DNA of 64,000 nucleotides from Pocillopora damicornis (lineage: Eukaryota). The stretch covers positions 248,001 through 312,000 of the forward strand of contig NW_020846109.1 of assembly GCF_003704095.1 (NCBI RefSeq), written 5' to 3'. The notes beneath the pieces were generated by a model. It had not been told where the DNA came from. It did not search any database and saw nothing but the letters and a program-made list of their open reading frames with translations. How positions within the stretch are numbered: the stretch's first letter is position 1; each line of letters begins with the position of its first letter. The translations under genes were made by a program, and so were the position numbers. Of the stretch, positions 12,233 through 26,145 are shown one piece after another.

Positions 12233-14565
12233 GGCTTTAAATTCCTTTAGAAAAGAAACATGAAAATATAAATGAAATAAAGATTGTCAACAATAATTGC
12301 TTCAAATTGGAAAGGCCTACATGTAAATGTCAATAAACAGGAAATTAATGAATCGATTCTTCATTTTGAAAATTGCACGATAGAAACAAATTCTAATTTG
12401 TTCCTCTAAACAGCATAAATAATACTTCACTGTAAAAATTCATTAAAAAAATGAGGCTACTGACATAATAAGGCTGAGATCATACCATGAATTAGTCTCT
12501 CAAGTAAAAATTTTCCCTAATAGAAGACAAGCTCGAGAAGTGAGGTGTTGAACACAACCAATAAGATACAGGTCATATGATAACTTAATCTGTTGAGTTT
12601 GTTTATGTTGGTCTCAATAGATTATATAAATTGAAATGGTCATCTTGAGGTGTAACCTTCCAAAAGGTCAACATTCTTGAAGATTGAATCTCTGTGTTCT
12701 TTTGTGTAAACATGTAAAAAACAGGAGCCATCTTAGAAAGTACAATAAGAAACTGAATTACCTTTTTTCAAGAATATAATAAGCTAAAAAAATAATACTC
12801 TCAAAATTCATGAAGAGGAATGGTTTTAACATTGATAGACCTACCTAATTTAAAAACAGTAATCAAGTATTTAAGTGGTACTGTGGTTCTTTCTTTATTC
12901 ACTCCGAGCTTTCGCCGTTCTACGGCATCATCAGAACGGTGAAAGCTTGGAGTGAATAAAGAAAGAACCACAGTAGCACTTAAAGGCTTCATTTGATCAA
13001 TATCCCACATCATTACGACATGCTACTAAAGGACACGTTCAAATGTTTAGTAATCAAGTAATTGATGCAAAATCTACAAAACTAACCTTATGTCCCTTTA
13101 TCTTTGATACATAGAAATTGTGTCAAAATATATTTTTGAATTTAAAACTTTGAATGTTATCTTGAAATTTAGTAATATCAAGGCAATATCAAAAAAATGT
13201 TACCAGTACATTGAAAAAAAAATGGAAAATCTTATTATGAACAAACAGCTCTCCATGCAAACAATTTACAGAATCCTTTTTTTTCACAAATAGATTGACA
13301 AAACTTAAGTAATCTCAGTTACATTAGTCTACTTTCAGAGGAAATAAATAAGGTTGGGCCTGAATTATTAAAATAGCTTGGTGGAAAGATTTACAATCAA
13401 TGAAAACCATTAAATAAACTTCTTATGCCAATATCATTATTGAGTCATGTTGCAGTCCATGATGTCAACAGAAAGCATGCATAACAACTTATTTCACTTC
13501 TATTCTTGCAAAGGAAACCTACACCTAAGCCCCATAACTTTTAGCTGTTTTTCGTGTTTGTTAACAATGACATGTGACCTAAATTTTTTTTAACATTTCC
13601 CAAAGTTTTTCACAAATATTTCATATTGTTGATAAATAAATATATCATAAAGTGTTCTCAATATCTAAAATACAATATTCCTGTATATCAATATTGTTCA
13701 CAAATTATGAATATTGTAATGAATTCAAGATAAAAAGTAACAGATTTTTGACCAAAATTATGGTTAAATTGTCCAAACATACCTCAAAAAATAGCTTTAT
13801 CCGCTGAAAAAATCATAATTCAATAATCATAAAACAATAATTAATTATTTAATGTATACTGGATTTTAGAACTGCAAATAAGTTGAAATCATAGAAAGAA
13901 CCATGTAAAATATGATCAATTATCAATTGATGCATTCAGCCCATTTTCAAACTTAGAGAGCATTTTCCCTGATAGATTTTAGAAAAAGACGTTTCAAAAT
14001 TTCAATTTAAGTTCATTTAGACAGATAACGACAGCGGGGGTCGGTTTAAAGTTTGATTTGGTAATGACACAGTACATGTGAGATGACAGCTTTGCATCGT
14101 GTTAATTCTAAAGAGCAACTCGGTCAAATCAGTCGAGATCCATTACATGTAAAACAAACCGCCGACTGTATCCATTTCGTATCATCAATACTCCTTAATC
14201 TGCAAATTTAGTACCAGAAGCATGAAGGACAAGAAAACACGAAATCACAAACTTCAATGATAGTGAAATATAAATATTAACTGCAATTGTAGTCAGACAG
14301 GATTCTTGAATCAGGTAATTCAAACCGTTAAGGAGAGCGATCTGCCCATTCCTTGACAATTATGAGTCAATAAAACCAATTTAAAACAACCCCTTAAACA
14401 AGAAATCGCGTTAGCTAGTTTCGATTGAAATTATTCCAGTTTTCAGATTTCCCGCGCGCGATCGATGCATGTTGTGCGCACTCATTCGAAAATGTTTTCG
14501 TGCAGTCTATCAAGAAGGAATATATCTTATGATTCTGATCAAAGTACATTGCTTCATTTTCTTAC

Positions 14566-14700
14566 CTTATGCTCAACAGAAGGTAGGACTTTGTACGTGA
14601 CGGTTTTCACTCGGGTGAGGCCAATTCAAGACTAATAGGATGACTTCATGTGTGGATTTCCCATTCACCTTTGACAACGAAGATTCCCACAGTTCCTAGC
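14566..14700 (-). other. Probable non-coding first exon of the septin, containing a 10-codon uORF (14664-14632)
   Basis: Strong donor AAG|GTAAGA at 14566/14565 in a CpG-rich neighbourhood. The next acceptor lies just upstream of the Kozak ATG at 12232. Confidence 0.55.
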
Positions 14701-14895
14701 GAGGCGATACTTCGTGATGACCACGCGCGGAAACTGCGAGGGATACGATCCAAGCTAAAATGGTTTCGTTCACATTCAACACCGACATCTTATTTCTTGG
14801 CCAAGAAAGACTAGGCTTGTCTCTTGGATTAATTATTTTTTACAAGGATTGCCTTGTGCAGCGGAATCAGAGTGTCCAACTGAGCAATAGGCCCT

Positions 14896-15075
14896 CTTTA
14901 TAAAATAATTCAAATAGTACGCGCGCTCTGATTGGCCATAAAACCATTTTACATGAGCGTATGTAAACACGGTTTTCGTTCCTCTTTCATTAGTTATTTT
15001 ATAAAAGAAATGTAAAATGGTTTCCGTGTTTACATGGCCTGATGTAAGCACGGAAACCATTTTACATTTCTTCAG
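14896..15075. mobile_element. Hairpin MITE with a 31-bp inverted repeat
   Basis: AAGAAATGTAAAATGGTTTCCGTGTTTACAT (15005-15035), 6-nt loop, then ATGTAAGCACGGAAACCATTTTACATTTCTT (15042-15072); one mismatch. Confidence 0.8.
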
Positions 15076-15274
15076 TAGTCACCAGAGGATGTGCTGACAG
15101 CGGTTCTCTCCTTCATGATGCGCAGATCCGAGAGATAAGCCATACTAAATCAATGTGACTACTTAGTCATCTGCTTCAAATGAGCTTCTTATCTTCTTAT
15201 CTTAGATGACGGATCACCAAAAATAAATTTGATTGTAACTGAACGGACGGACACAAAAAAAAATAAATAAAGGG

Positions 15275-15424
15275 GGTAAGTTTCTGAAGAAACTGTGGTG
15301 CTGCGTTAGAAGGAAAATATAACAGGGTAATTTAGTATTATCAACTGAGTTGATAACGTAAATTGGCCACCATGAAGAGTTTCGAAGCTGAAGTTCCGAG
15401 CGTCAGCCCTTCGTCAGAGCGAAA
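15275..15424 (-). mobile_element. Penelope-like retroelement terminal fragment
   Basis: Minus strand contains CTCTGACGAAGGGCTGACGCTCGGAACTTCAGC, a CTGANGA...GAAAC hammerhead-like core typical of Penelope termini (here GGAAC, degenerate). Confidence 0.5.
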
Positions 15425-16012
15425 GTTCTGGGTTTCGCGCAAGTATTAGAAAACAATTTAGCTTGTAGGCCCTCACTAGAATGGCTGGATAAATAATTGA
15501 TACGGAAAATGTGTAGCAGGTGGTGATGACTTTCTTAACAAGAACATCTAAAATTCATAGTTTTCTGAGAACGGTTATCGTTAAAGATGTTCCTCTGGTT
15601 ATTGTTTTTGGAAGGGTAAAGCAGATGTTTAGAATAATGTAAAGGTCGAGTAAGAAATTTGATAACATTTGGATCCATATAGGAGACGGAAAATTGCGGG
15701 TTATTTTTCTTTCAGTGTGGTAAACGAAGCGAAAATTTGCATATCTTGCTTTCAAGAAGAAATTAAAATAGATGTGCACGGGTTCTTGGCAGGCATTCAC
15801 ATTGCATGACCCTTTACGTAATTTGATACCAATATTTGCATGCGGCAAATGATTTCTAAATAAAAAAGTTGACATGGTTACATGCAAATCACATCGCAAA
15901 AAACAAAAATTTCTTTGTACTTGTGACGAGGTGTGACGAACACGACGAGGCCCACTGTCGCTGCTTGGAAAGTTTCGCTGTTGTAAAGGTGCTTAATTGA
16001 AAATTTTCAGCA

Positions 16013-19000
16013 ATGAACGGTGATCTTGTCGAAGAAGGAAAGGCGAAGGCAGCAGGAATAATTTCCGTTCTGGTTGGAATATCAGCGTTTATTCAGCTAA
16101 TATGTGGATTTATCTACTTGAGCAAGGGTGGACCCGAAGGTTCTGGTCTGTGGTCTGGAATCGGGGTAAATAACTCTTCGTATATCATGTTAAGCGTTGA
16201 TTTTAAAGATATAAGCCACGTAGTGACCCTTGCTGATTATTTTTTAACAGCATTCCTTTCAACGAAACCTATTCAGAAAACGATAGGCGTGAATTTAGCA
16301 GCTTCAGGACCTTTCAATCAACCCGTTCGTTAACCGCTTTGCAGTTCAGGTGTTTTCGTTCCGGCTAAACTTCAAAATACCCGGCCACTTTGGTCCGTCT
16401 CACTCGCATTTCCTCGACCTTATTTCTAAACTAAAATCAATATCCAATGTTGTTTTAAAACCGAGTGAAACCTCGAAATATGATGTGGTAGTCTTAGCAT
16501 ATCGAAAGTCATCGTGTAATTGTCTTCATACTGCTCAGAGCCAACCCCAACCGAGGAATTGATTGCGATACAATAACGGCTTAGAAGTCTTTTGAAACAC
16601 CTTGCCTTTGATAGTCCTCACTGATGTCTATTTTTACAACAGTGACTTAGAGGTTAACAGTCTTTGAAATCGTGATTATTAAATGCATCCTTGGTTTGTC
16701 CAACGCTTAGAAGAAAGTATGATCAATCGAAAAAAAAAAAAAATTTAGTCACACAGCCAGAGCAACTGTCTTGGTAAATTATGGAGTACTGAATGATGCA
16801 ATGGCAAGTCGCAGCCGGTCGAAACATTCGAAATAAAATTTAAACAAGGGAAGATTCGATTTTCCAATTGCGCCACTGATTGAATCAGCAATGCTTTCAT
16901 ATTCATGAATCAGCAAAGTCAAAATTTATTTTGAGCAAAGTTTCATTTCCACCAAACTTCTAAGACCAGTGTGAGGGGTTAGGATTTTGTTTTACTATCA
17001 TAACTGAAAGATCGGCGTTATTGTTATTTTTTGTGTCTCGAAAAGCTAGACCAAAATAAATATTGACGCACCGTAACAATCGTTACAAGTAATTTATTTC
17101 CTAGCGATGAGTTTTGCACGGAATTAATGCATGAAAAAATGATTGACATCCTGAAAACAGACGCAGTCCAGCTTTGCGTCGTAAAACATTAGACATTACG
17201 ACAAGTTACGAGTCAGGCTCTGCGTGACTTAGCTCAAAACATCTTAAAAGGCTAAAAAAACGCGGTTAAACATCCATGCCGCATCGTTTTTCATTACTTT
17301 GCGCTATTTTGCGGCTCTGTACGATTCATCTGGCCGTAATCACATCTGTAATCATAAACGTTCAGTCATTCCATGTTGATAATTACCTCAAGCAATTGGT
17401 GAATAGACTTGGGAACCCGAGTATTTATATAGGCTGTAAACAACCTGTCGCAGTCGAATTGGCAAAGCTGAGAGGATAAACCTAGTTTATACATAACACG
17501 TCGAGTTAATTCTCGCCTTCTTGTACACTTACTTAAGACTGTGTTAAACTAGATTTCCTTCTGCGGACAAAAATGAGCTTCTTCTTTGACATATTTTGCT
17601 CACGAGGAATTAAATCCTCTTTGAGCACTGGAGAGCACCTGGTAACGTTCTTCTGTTTAAATGCATTACATGGTCTGACAAGAAGAGTTATTCTCAGTTT
17701 TGTTTCATGGCAAAATTTGTGCTTTATGCTGTAATAAGAGGCAGTGCTACAGTGGGGGAAAATTTTCAACGAACAGCAATATCTGTTTCCATTGTTTCGT
17801 TTGTGTTTTTAATTACTTTTGGCGAGTTAATATTATGCAAGGAATAACAAAATAATAAAGATACAAAATGTCGTCTTCTCCGAGGGGTTCGTTTGTTTTA
17901 TTCAAAGTTACATAAAAAGTGGAGTCACAATCGCCACAAGTGTAGTATAAAGTAATGAGTTTTGAAAGAGTTGTGGTGTTGGCCTCGGCGAGCAGGAGAA
18001 AAATTTATCAACTAGATCAGTTGACTTCAGAGGTAAGGAAACCGCTCAGCGGCCGACGAAAAAATCGACGCGGCCTAATGGGGTAAAGAATAATTTTTGA
18101 AAAGCTTAAGTTTAAACCAGTTTCAGGATCTTCCTCAGATCAGTAAGCTACCGGTACGAAGAAAAACCCCCAGTCAACAGTGATCGATTTTTCAAAATCC
18201 GTCGCGGCGACTGGACTCCGGACTTTTCTACCTACCAAGGAAGAATTCAGGGGGACATTCAATTGGTCGTTAATCGCAGTTGTCGATTTTCAAGTGACAA
18301 CTACATGTCACAAGGAGCCGACTAGCGCACGAACGCGTCTGGCCCTGAAATGAAACATTCACAAGGTTAGGATAAAAAAAATAGCTCCAAACAGACAAGA
18401 AAAAAACACTTCGTTCACACTTTCATTAGTTCTTAAGTTCACCGGTTCGTCTGATCCGTTTTTCAGTTGATCAGATCAGTAATTAGTTACCTTGTACCTT
18501 TGTGTTTTCCGATGTATTTTGCTGCACAGGTTAATTTTGACATATTTTTTCTCTGACTGCATAGCTTGCCGTTATTTGTGGTCTCGGAATTCTCGTTTGG
18601 TTGAGGAAAAATAAAACAGCGGTAAGTAGAAAAACAATAGATGCGTAAATATGCTCACGTTTTCATTACACACTGTCACCTCCGCATTGTCATTTATACA
18701 TTCCCCTAGACCTAGGAGTCGCGGGGGGGATAGGGGGAATATGCCGCAAAACAGGGTGTGGTCTTAAGGGTCTTGCATCTCTCTCAAAGTGGGTAGGCAT
18801 GGTGAAAATAATTCTTTTCCACTAACGAGGCAACAACGTGAAAAGCCCATCCATGACTTCCCTTAACTAATCCCCCAGGCCTGAAGTGAGTGGCGCGAGT
18901 GTTGGTCACCCCCTTCATATTTCCCCATCTCAGAAAAGAAAGCAAAGACAGTGCACAACATTGAGGCGATAACTTGATTTTTATGGTGATTTTATGCCTT

Positions 19001-20508
19001 CCAGATGGTGTTTTTCTTGGTGATGAACATCCTGTGGTTTATTGTGTGCCTTGTCCAGATCATTATCGCCTTCATCGCCTGGGTGATCTGGCACTTCATA
19101 AGGAAGGTGGTTGAGACGAACTGCTATCAAAGTGGAAGCACATGCCATTGTCAAACCGAAAAGGATGAGCCATGGCCAGGTAAGTCTGTGGAGCAAAGAT
19201 GGATTGTCGGTCGTGCAGTCAAAGATTATGAAAAAGTGTTTTTTTGCATGCGTTGTTGCTACTTTTGCCTCGACTGTTCCAACCGCAGTTGCGACTGCTA
19301 GTGTTTCTATTCGTTTTGTACATGATTTAAAAGAACGATAGCATATAAATTCGACTCTCGCCTTACGGAAACATCGCTATTACAAACACCCCGCCATTGC
19401 GAACAAGAGCCAGTCCCCCGGCGAAACGAATAGGGAGATGAATAAAACAAACTCCTGTTATTATGTGATGTACAGACTACCGCTCTTACGGAAATGGGGA
19501 TACCTCCATGCCCCCCCAGCGCCACACTTCACTTGATTTATTTCTTGCTAGAGCGGACACTTAAGTATTTCGTCCGAAATCCTGACTCACATAATACAAA
19601 GCGACATTACGATAAAGGAGTGAAAGCCTTTCTTCAATTACGTGCGAGTGTGAGAATTTCCTGCTTGCGGCCGGATATTTTTCTGGCTTGTGAGGCCACG
19701 TTAGAAACTTTATGTTTGCGTATTAACATATTATTTCATATGTTGTTATTTTTCTTTCCTCTCGAACCCCGCTATTACGAACTCTCGCTATTACGGACAC
19801 TAAATCTTCCCCCGAGGGTATCCTCAATGACGGGTGTCGACTGTAGTTTGTAGGATACAGAGACATTGTCTGCTCATGAAATCCATCATTTTTCCTTTCA
19901 CAGTGCACAACTGCGATGACATCAGAGTCATCGAGAGCTGCTTCCTAGCAATTCTGATTATGAGTGCCTTTTCTGCCATCCTGACCCTGTCTGGTTCAAT
20001 CATTGGTTGCATGGGAACCTGCTGTGCCAGGCCAGCTGTAAGTCACGTAATCCTGAAATGAATGTTACGCAATCCTATTATAATAGTAATTTTCGGGTCA
20101 CGAGTGTTTGTAGCAAGGGAAGGGAAGAGGTCAGGGCAGTATTTTCTCACCGACAAGGAAGTTAACATCGTTTACGGAGAAGATACTCGATACCCGGACT
20201 TCATTAGTTTCCATGCCGGGCATTTCTCAGTTCAGTTTCCACTAGTGTTGAACAAATAGAAAAATCAAAAACTATTCGTCCAAAAGAAACTGTAGGCGTA
20301 ACGATGCATCCACATTGCACAGCCAAAGACAAAGAAAAATGGTTTAATTTGAAAATAGCTTCATCCCCGCTTCCGAAGAAGTGAAGAAAAATAAAATTAT
20401 CACCCTCTATGTACAGTGTTTCCGATCTATTGCTCTCCTCTCATATGAGGGCTCGAGGGCATGCCGGGGTGTCATGATTGAAAAAAACTACTTTTCTTGT
20501 CAAAAACG

Positions 20509-20544
<36 letters not shown>

Positions 20545-20792
20545 GCCTAAGTATTTCATTCGAAGGTTATTGAGGCCGTAAGTTCCTGACTTGATGCACG
20601 AATTCGTTTTCACAGCAGCCCAACGTGGTAGTGATGCAGCAACCTACTGGGTATCCCATGGTGATACAGCAAACCACAGCTCAGGGCTATCCTGCTCAGC
20701 AGCCATACCCAGGCCAACAACAGGTGATGATGCAGCCACCAGCCGGTGCCGGGGGTCCCCCACCTGACTATGGGTTGCCACCAAAGCAATAA
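16013..20792 (+). CDS. MS4A/CD20-like four-TM protein, paralog A (exons 16013-16165, 18565-18621, 19005-19179, 19904-20037, 20616-20792)
   Basis: Four hydrophobic helices, GSGLWSG motif, Cys-rich second extracellular loop, juxtamembrane GCMGTCC, and a Q/P/Y-rich tail ending PPPDYGLPPKQ*. Canonical splice sites, phases 0,0,1,0. Confidence 0.88.
19347..19843. mobile_element. Degenerate pogo/Tc1-like MITE in intron 3 of paralog A
   Basis: Ends TCGACTCTCG... and ...CGGGTGTCGACTG|TA; internal repeats of CGCTATTACG(G)AC. Confidence 0.55.
20509..20538. repeat. Poly-C homopolymer of about 30 nt
   Basis: Seen directly in the last intron of paralog A. Confidence 0.9.
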
Positions 20793-20954
20793 ACATCAAG
20801 TGTTGAGTTCGCCTCCCATTGCTGTTTTAGTTTAACTATTTTTATATGATAATTTCTTCGATTTACTGTGTAAAAACTAATCCAGAATTCCAGTTGTCTT
20901 CGCTATGTTTTTTTTAATTGATCTGTAACATTCCTGTTACCCTGTTGACCAATT

Positions 20955-21429
20955 AATAATGATAATAGGACCGAGAGGAGTCCAACTCGGTCTGTAATCA
21001 TACGAGTGATTAACAAAATCGGACGACCGCGAAGCGGGAGTCTGATTTGTTTACCACGAGTATGATTACTGACAGAATTGGACGACAAGAAATCCTGTTA
21101 CCAATTAATCATAACCATTTCAATTTCCGAAAAAACAAATACGCCTAAAACAAATATCTCCAGTGGAGACAATGTCTTTGGTTAAATATTCTCCATTTTG
21201 GAAATTGTCTTGTTTTTTTTTGATGAGTGGTTGTTTCTATGGTTATTGTGCTCAATTCTGTGATTGGTGGATCTAGCTGAGTGGACATAGTATAATTGGC
21301 TGCTTCAACTGTCCGATTACAGCCAACTGTCTGATTACACTGTCCGATTACATCTGTTCAGAATGATTAGTGAAAAATGAAGCAGTGATGCACTAATCAC
21401 ATTTGAGGATATTGTAATGGTTATGATTA
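20955..21429. mobile_element. Composite repeat: palindromic element 20955-21105 adjoining a TIR-bounded MITE 21106-21429
   Basis: TAATCATAACCATTTCAATTTCC (21106) matches the reverse complement of GGATATTGTAATGGTTATGATTA (to 21429). The left part is an imperfect hairpin flanked by a duplicated CCTGTT(G)ACCAATTAAT. Confidence 0.7.
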
Positions 21430-24400
21430 GACGCAAAATAGGTCGTTGGCGTTACCTTTGAGTTTCAGTTGGTGCGCCTCTGCTTACTTTCACAACATTC
21501 ATTTGAAGTACCCTTTGTTTTTTAAGATCGTTTAAGTAAAATATAGATACAAGTGCTATGGGAGATGGTGAATTCCTTGTTTGCTGGTATTTACAAAAAC
21601 CATTGTTATGTTAGTTAGCTTGAGGTAGTTGTTGTAGCTATTTTACAACTTACACGTTATCCGTTCCATGCCATCGCTCGATTGGTATCTTTTGTATTTC
21701 AGGCAGCTTCACGAGGTTGCCATTTTGTTGTTGGATTAAAAACATGTCACTGATGTCGTGATTCGTGGCGCCATAAGTAAATCCATCACCTGGTTTGTAA
21801 AGTGCTTAAAAATGCAGCCAGAATGCGTGGGAAAGAGGTTGGTTCATCAAGTGATTCGAAGCGCTGCATTAAGAAAGATTCTTGTGCGTGCTTGATACGA
21901 ATTCTTATCAGAAACTCCACTAAATATCTCATTTCTGAGTGACTAACGTCGAATGCATCGATCGCTTGGTTGTTGAATGCATTACTGTCAGTTTGGCATT
22001 ATCATATCATATCATCGCATATAAGTCTTTAGAGTTATGCAGAAAGCAGACATTTATGCTTAGTCTACCTTTCAAAATCATTGTGAGAGATCCATCCATA
22101 AAAACATGCGCAATTTTTTGAACAATTGATAAGCATCCATGCAGGACACACAAAGAAGTGTAGCAAGTTATTTTGTTGAGAGAAGACAAACAAAAACCGA
22201 CCTAAACTGCTCACACATTTACCTACATCTCACGAATCATAGTTCCTCTCGATGCTTCCCAAGGTTCTCTAATTCTTCCCGACTACAGTCTTAGAAAACT
22301 TTCAAAACACCAATAATAATTAGCGGAAACACGGAATACTCTTACCGGTTCAATCAGTGTTCTTTTTACATTCTACAATAGAGTAACAAATCTGGTGAAT
22401 CTAATATTTGATTTCCAAATGATTCGCTGGAACCAAATATCTGAACACTTGTGTGACATTTTTGCAAATTCTGAATAACACGGCCCACTCAGACGATGGA
22501 GTATAAATTTAAAGCAAGTCTTTTATTGTAGAACGCATGCTCAGTGTGGTAGAAGAAAACCAGTGTATCACTAACGCGAAGACGCTGGAATATTTGAATT
22601 TTAATATTAAGAGGCCATTTCTTCTAACTAAAATTTTGATCCCATTTTGCTATTTGTATAGAAGAAGGAAGAGCAAACACCTGCTAGAATAACTAAATCT
22701 TAAAAGTTTTTACTAAATTTATTTGGCAATTCGAATGTAGTGCGTATTCAAGGGCGGCGTTATTTGATTAATCAACATATGGCTAAAGATGATAATGACT
22801 AAATTCCTGCAGTGAAACCTAGAACTTTTTCATAACTGCTTAGTTTGGTTGGGAGATAAAAGCTTGTACTTTGCCCTGGCTTACGGTTGTTCCGATGAAG
22901 CTCTTAGCTTTTACAAGAAACCTGCATGTTGCTGAAATTCCGAAAATAAATACGTCAGACCGTAATATCCTCTATTGGTACAAATTTACCAACGATCCAC
23001 TTCAAGCGCTGCAACGTGATTGACTACGTGACTCGCCCTAGCCCTCTCTATTGTGTGGTAGAAAGTGAGTGAGTAGCTAACAGTGTGCAGTTGGAAACAA
23101 AATAGAGTGAAAACAAGAGCCTGCCTTGTTGTTCAGTTTTGGGTGAATAATAGATTTTCATTAAAATAATTAGATTATTCGCTTTCATTATTCGATTATT
23201 CGCTCCATTTCTATGCGCATTTGTTGATTTGGGCGTCACCCTCGTTAACCATCTGCAATTGAAATCTCGCGCTCATCAGGCTACTTGTTTAACAGGTGTC
23301 GTATTCTTTAGATACAGCGCTTATCATGGGGGCGGCACTTAATTATCTGTCTGCTGTAACGCTCATCGAAGAGCGGCGCACTCAAAGGACGGTCTGTCCG
23401 GAATGCGACCAACAAAACTCCTTCTTATTCTTCTTGTGCCCTGTGGGACTTTGACATGCCGAGTTAATTTACTCACGGCGGTGAAAAGTTCCATTGGCGC
23501 GTCGGTTATTTAACCTAATTTGGCCAGGCCGACCTGGTAACTCTGAAAGAAATATTTCTCAGAGAATGGTAAAATTTTTGTATAATGACTGAAAATTTTA
23601 AATTGCTTCATTTACGAAAGATGGTTATACTCTTGGCGTTACACTGAAAAACTTGAATAGGAAACAACCTTTTTGCGGCGAAGCGATTTATTTAAGCGGG
23701 CCCTCTGGAATGGCGCGGAATAGAATACCAAACGACTGATCAGATTATGCTCCTCGCTTGGGCCCTGTGAAGACAACATTAACCGACTCGAATCCAGGAA
23801 TTTATTCGGGGTTGAAAGATGTTTTCTATTTTTGTAGAAGCATTTTGTTTACTAGTGTATACTTTTCATACTTACCTCGTTAGCATAGTTGTATAAAAAG
23901 ATGATAACAAGAAACACACACACGCTAACACGGTACACAGCAAGTATTACTTCATATAAATTGACGTAAAGACTCTCGGATACTAAAACTTAAACCCTCG
24001 TTTCCATTTTCCCCTTTTTCCGACCCCCTTATACCCTTGAATTGCCAAAAAGTTATCAAAAATTTAGCCAATTAGCAAGCTTAAGATCCTACCTACAATT
24101 CTTTTTCTGGGTGAAAAGTAGGTGGCAGTTATCCCGTGGTTTGTGGCACTCGGACACGCACAAAACTCTTTGAGCAACGCCCTATTAAACGTTAACCAAT
24201 CAAATTAAACTCAGTAGACTTGACGGTTATTAGCTTACAATAACGAATGAAAAATCAATGAAAAACTTTGCTTCAAAAAGCGGTGCATATTCTTAGCCGG
24301 CGCAATTTCGAGTAAAGTAAGGCTTTGGGTTGTAAGATTGCAAACATGTCAATTCTGATCCGCCGCTTTCAAGTTTACACACGAGACCTTGTAGGATTGA

Positions 24401-26145
24401 AGTTACGATCTTGATGGAAGTATCTTTCTGATGGAGCTATCTTTCTGCTGATGGACCGCACAATTCAGGGTCAAAATGAAAGGACTGTCTCTCCTGAGAA
24501 AACTAATGTAGAGGCCAGACAAACAAAGAAGCCTTACCTAAATCCACTCTTTCAAAGGCAGATAATGAAACACTGATTTGTTTGGCAATTAGTTGCGATG
24601 GCAACAGCACAAAGACCACGCTGATTCTGCGAGACGGTTTGCAATGCCTTCAGCAGTCACTCTTATATGATTTTCAAGTTTTTTTATCTCATTTTGCCAC
24701 TCGGTGGTGTGAATGTTTGACCTTCAAGAGTAAACCTTTATTTTGTTTTCGCTCTTGGTTTTCACTTAAACATCTGAATCCTATTAACACAGTCGGAGCT
24801 ATGATGGTGCTTATATGCTTCTCCTTGACATTTGAGTTCAAGTACTTCAAACCAAACTTAATTTATTAGAAAAATAGAACCTGATCGCAAACAAACAAAA
24901 AGAATTACCACGATCAGTCAAACTTGACTGATCACCCAGTTTTCCAGGTTTTTTTCTTCCCTCAGTTCTAGACAAAAATTCCTTTGCAAGGACTGATAAA
25001 TTAAGAACATAAAATAAAATACTTCAAATCAATTTATGCGCTACTGAGATTCTATTGAAAACTTTGTTTCTTAGGAACGAAGTAATAATACTACTCAGCG
25101 CCAAAAGTTGCTCTACTGCTATGTAAAAAGCATATTTCGCCATTATGTCTGATTGAAAAGAATCTTATTAGATGTGCCTATTGTTTTGAAAATAACATAA
25201 ATATTCCCATTTTCCGTTTGAATATCTTTCTTTCCCGAGTCTACTTTCAAACGTTTGAAAACACCTGCTTTTCTTTGTTGACACGAAGTGTTTGACTCGA
25301 CTCTTTTTTCTGTAAACTTCCATTTACACCACCAAAACCTATAAGCTGATGAAGGTTTTGGAACAAATAGTGTAAAACAGATGATCGCCATGGGTACTCT
25401 CTGATACTATCAAAACAACCAACGCAGCTCCAATGCTTTCTATCGCTTGGAAAATTTATTTATTGTTCAAGGACATCAAAAATAGATTTTGACTGCACCT
25501 CACAGCTAGTCGCCAACTCAGTTCATTCTCCATATTTTCAACAAATATTCTCTTAGAGAAATGATGCATATCTTATTTTCTTCGGTATTTAAATTTTATA
25601 TTAGTTGCGCCAAACATCCTTGCGGAAGCATTGCGTTTATCTTGCCGCTTTTAGCAATTATGCTCGCGGTGCTCTGCGGGTGCCGAGATTGAGAGTGACG
25701 TTGATTTGTCCCTAAAATTAACTTTGGACCCGTGCAAAGGATGTCTCACCAAACGACCAAATAGAATCACAGATCGTTTCATTTGTTTTTGCCATGTAGC
25801 CACGAAAACAGTATGTGAACGACAAGCGATAATCATTTTGCTCAAACAAAAGAGTTCTTTTTATCAACCAAACTGGAGAATCGGGCTTCATTAACGCTTT
25901 GTAGAGCTTAGCACTGTACCATTGGTTGGGATGGTTTGTTTGGACGATTATTTACTTCGTTCCTAGGAAACAAAGTTTTCAATAGAATCTCAGGGGACGG
26001 CCTTGGCAAAGAGTCTTTTACTACCATTTTCCTTGCAGAGAATTAGTTTGGCATCGAGACCACGTGAAACGGTTGTAGATTGGAGCGTTGCAAGTCTTTC
26101 CAGATTCTTCATCGCAATTTTTTGTAGTGAAAGTATTGGAGAATA

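Noticed and set aside
20381-20581. Poly-proline ORF
   Set aside because: Artefact of an intronic poly-C run.
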